From Lama glama (Eukaryota), in assembly GCA_028534125.1 (NCBI GenBank), contig CM052817.1, positions 98,210,001 through 98,274,000 on the forward strand: a stretch of 64,000 bases of DNA, in the 5' to 3' direction. This document shows positions 63,150 to 64,000 of this stretch, one piece after another. The notes under the pieces are model-generated. The model did no database searches. It had not been told where the DNA came from and saw only the letters and a program-made list of their open reading frames with translations. Within the stretch, counting starts at the first letter, position 1. The number at the start of each line of letters is the position of its first letter. A program made the translations under genes and the position numbers.

Positions 63150-64000
63150 TGGACCACCTTTTAAAAAAAGTTCACGCCTGATAATTGATGCAAGCATGGC
63201 TCTAAGAACACTTTCCAAGTGTGCTATATTAAAACACTGGAATGATGGAGAATGGGAGAGGGGAGGTAGAAAGCTCAGGTCCCTTACAACCTGTAGATTC
63301 TATGATCTCCTATTAAAAAGTGAAAATGAAAAATTAATAGGGAATTAAAAGGCTGAAGATAAAGCTTAGCTTCTCACGGGTCATTTGTTAATCTCTGTCA
63401 TCTATAACTAATATCCACAGCTGGGGACAGAAGGCAGGAGTTAAGCCTCGAGCCTACATAAAGTGAAGAGCTGGAGTTATTATCTCCATACATTGTTCTA
63501 TATATTATCTCCACATATAGTTTAAGCTCAGTGAAGAAGGGACTAGACAAAAATCTGTCCCTAGGGAAAAGAAACATGTCTGAAATAACCTGAATACTAA
63601 GCGGGAAAAAAAGAAAGAAAAAATGAAAAAAAAAAAAAAACCACCTCTATTGAGAATTTATAACTACCATTATCCTCTCCTGGGTTTAGGATTTAAATTT
63701 ACAATAACTATATTGTTCCCAAAACTCTGAACTCAGAAATTAACGTATAGTTGTTCCGTGATAGGGGTGTCCCAGAAACCTGGAGAGAAGCCACAACAAA
63801 CCTTTTCTAAGAGATTTATAGACTCATAATCCAAAATATACACAATGCCCCAGGAAATAGGCAGCCATTAGTGAAAGCAGGACAACATACTGCAGATTTT
63901 GACTCCTGAGAAGTTCAAATTTTAAAAATATAAACAATATAATGAAAATTAATGAGTTTAAAGTAATAAGACTGGATCAAAAACATGAACAATTAATAAA
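63150..64000 (+). mobile_element. Probable ancient L1ME/HAL1 5' region
   Basis: gggtgtcccagaaacctggagagaagcca...aaaccttttctaagaga leading into A-rich ORF1-like sequence. Confidence 0.4.

Noticed and set aside
32490..64000. Search for the penultimate IQCM exon (recalled ...STWLRPIVNGEEGYRYI)
   Set aside because: Not found by eye on the minus strand; it is probably beyond the window, though it could be in the gap or missed.
1..64000. Prokaryote-type systems (CRISPR arrays, operons, defence islands)
   Set aside because: The sequence is mammalian; no regularly spaced repeat arrays or gene-dense regions were seen.

Overview
AT-rich mammalian genomic DNA, most likely camelid: three copies of a tRNA-derived SINE match my recollection of the camelid Vic-1 family, and I saw no Alu, B1 or Bov-type SINEs. 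The only protein-coding sequence I can support is one minus-strand exon (32386-32489) matching the recalled C-terminus of IQCM, with a candidate poly(A) signal about 300 nt downstream. On that reading the right half of the window is the last IQCM intron and the left half is downstream intergenic DNA. The rest is largely transposon fossils: L2, MIR, L1 of several ages, a decayed ERVL provirus (LTR16 plus gag/pol remnant), solo LTRs, hAT fragments and a long CR1/L3 remnant. There are two 500-N gaps. Nearly all ORFs in the supplied track are spurious, repeat-derived or gap artefacts. I found no convincing new biological system. The best leads are unusual L1 structures (a tail-less ORF2 fragment with a perfect 15-bp TSD, and an ORF2-less L1 keeping both ends), a CpG-retaining STAT/CRE motif cluster in the intron, a possibly shortened IQCM C-terminus, and a candidate plus-strand exon. 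Repeat family names come from remembered consensus sequences, not a search. Boundaries of old elements are approximate (tens of bp or more).
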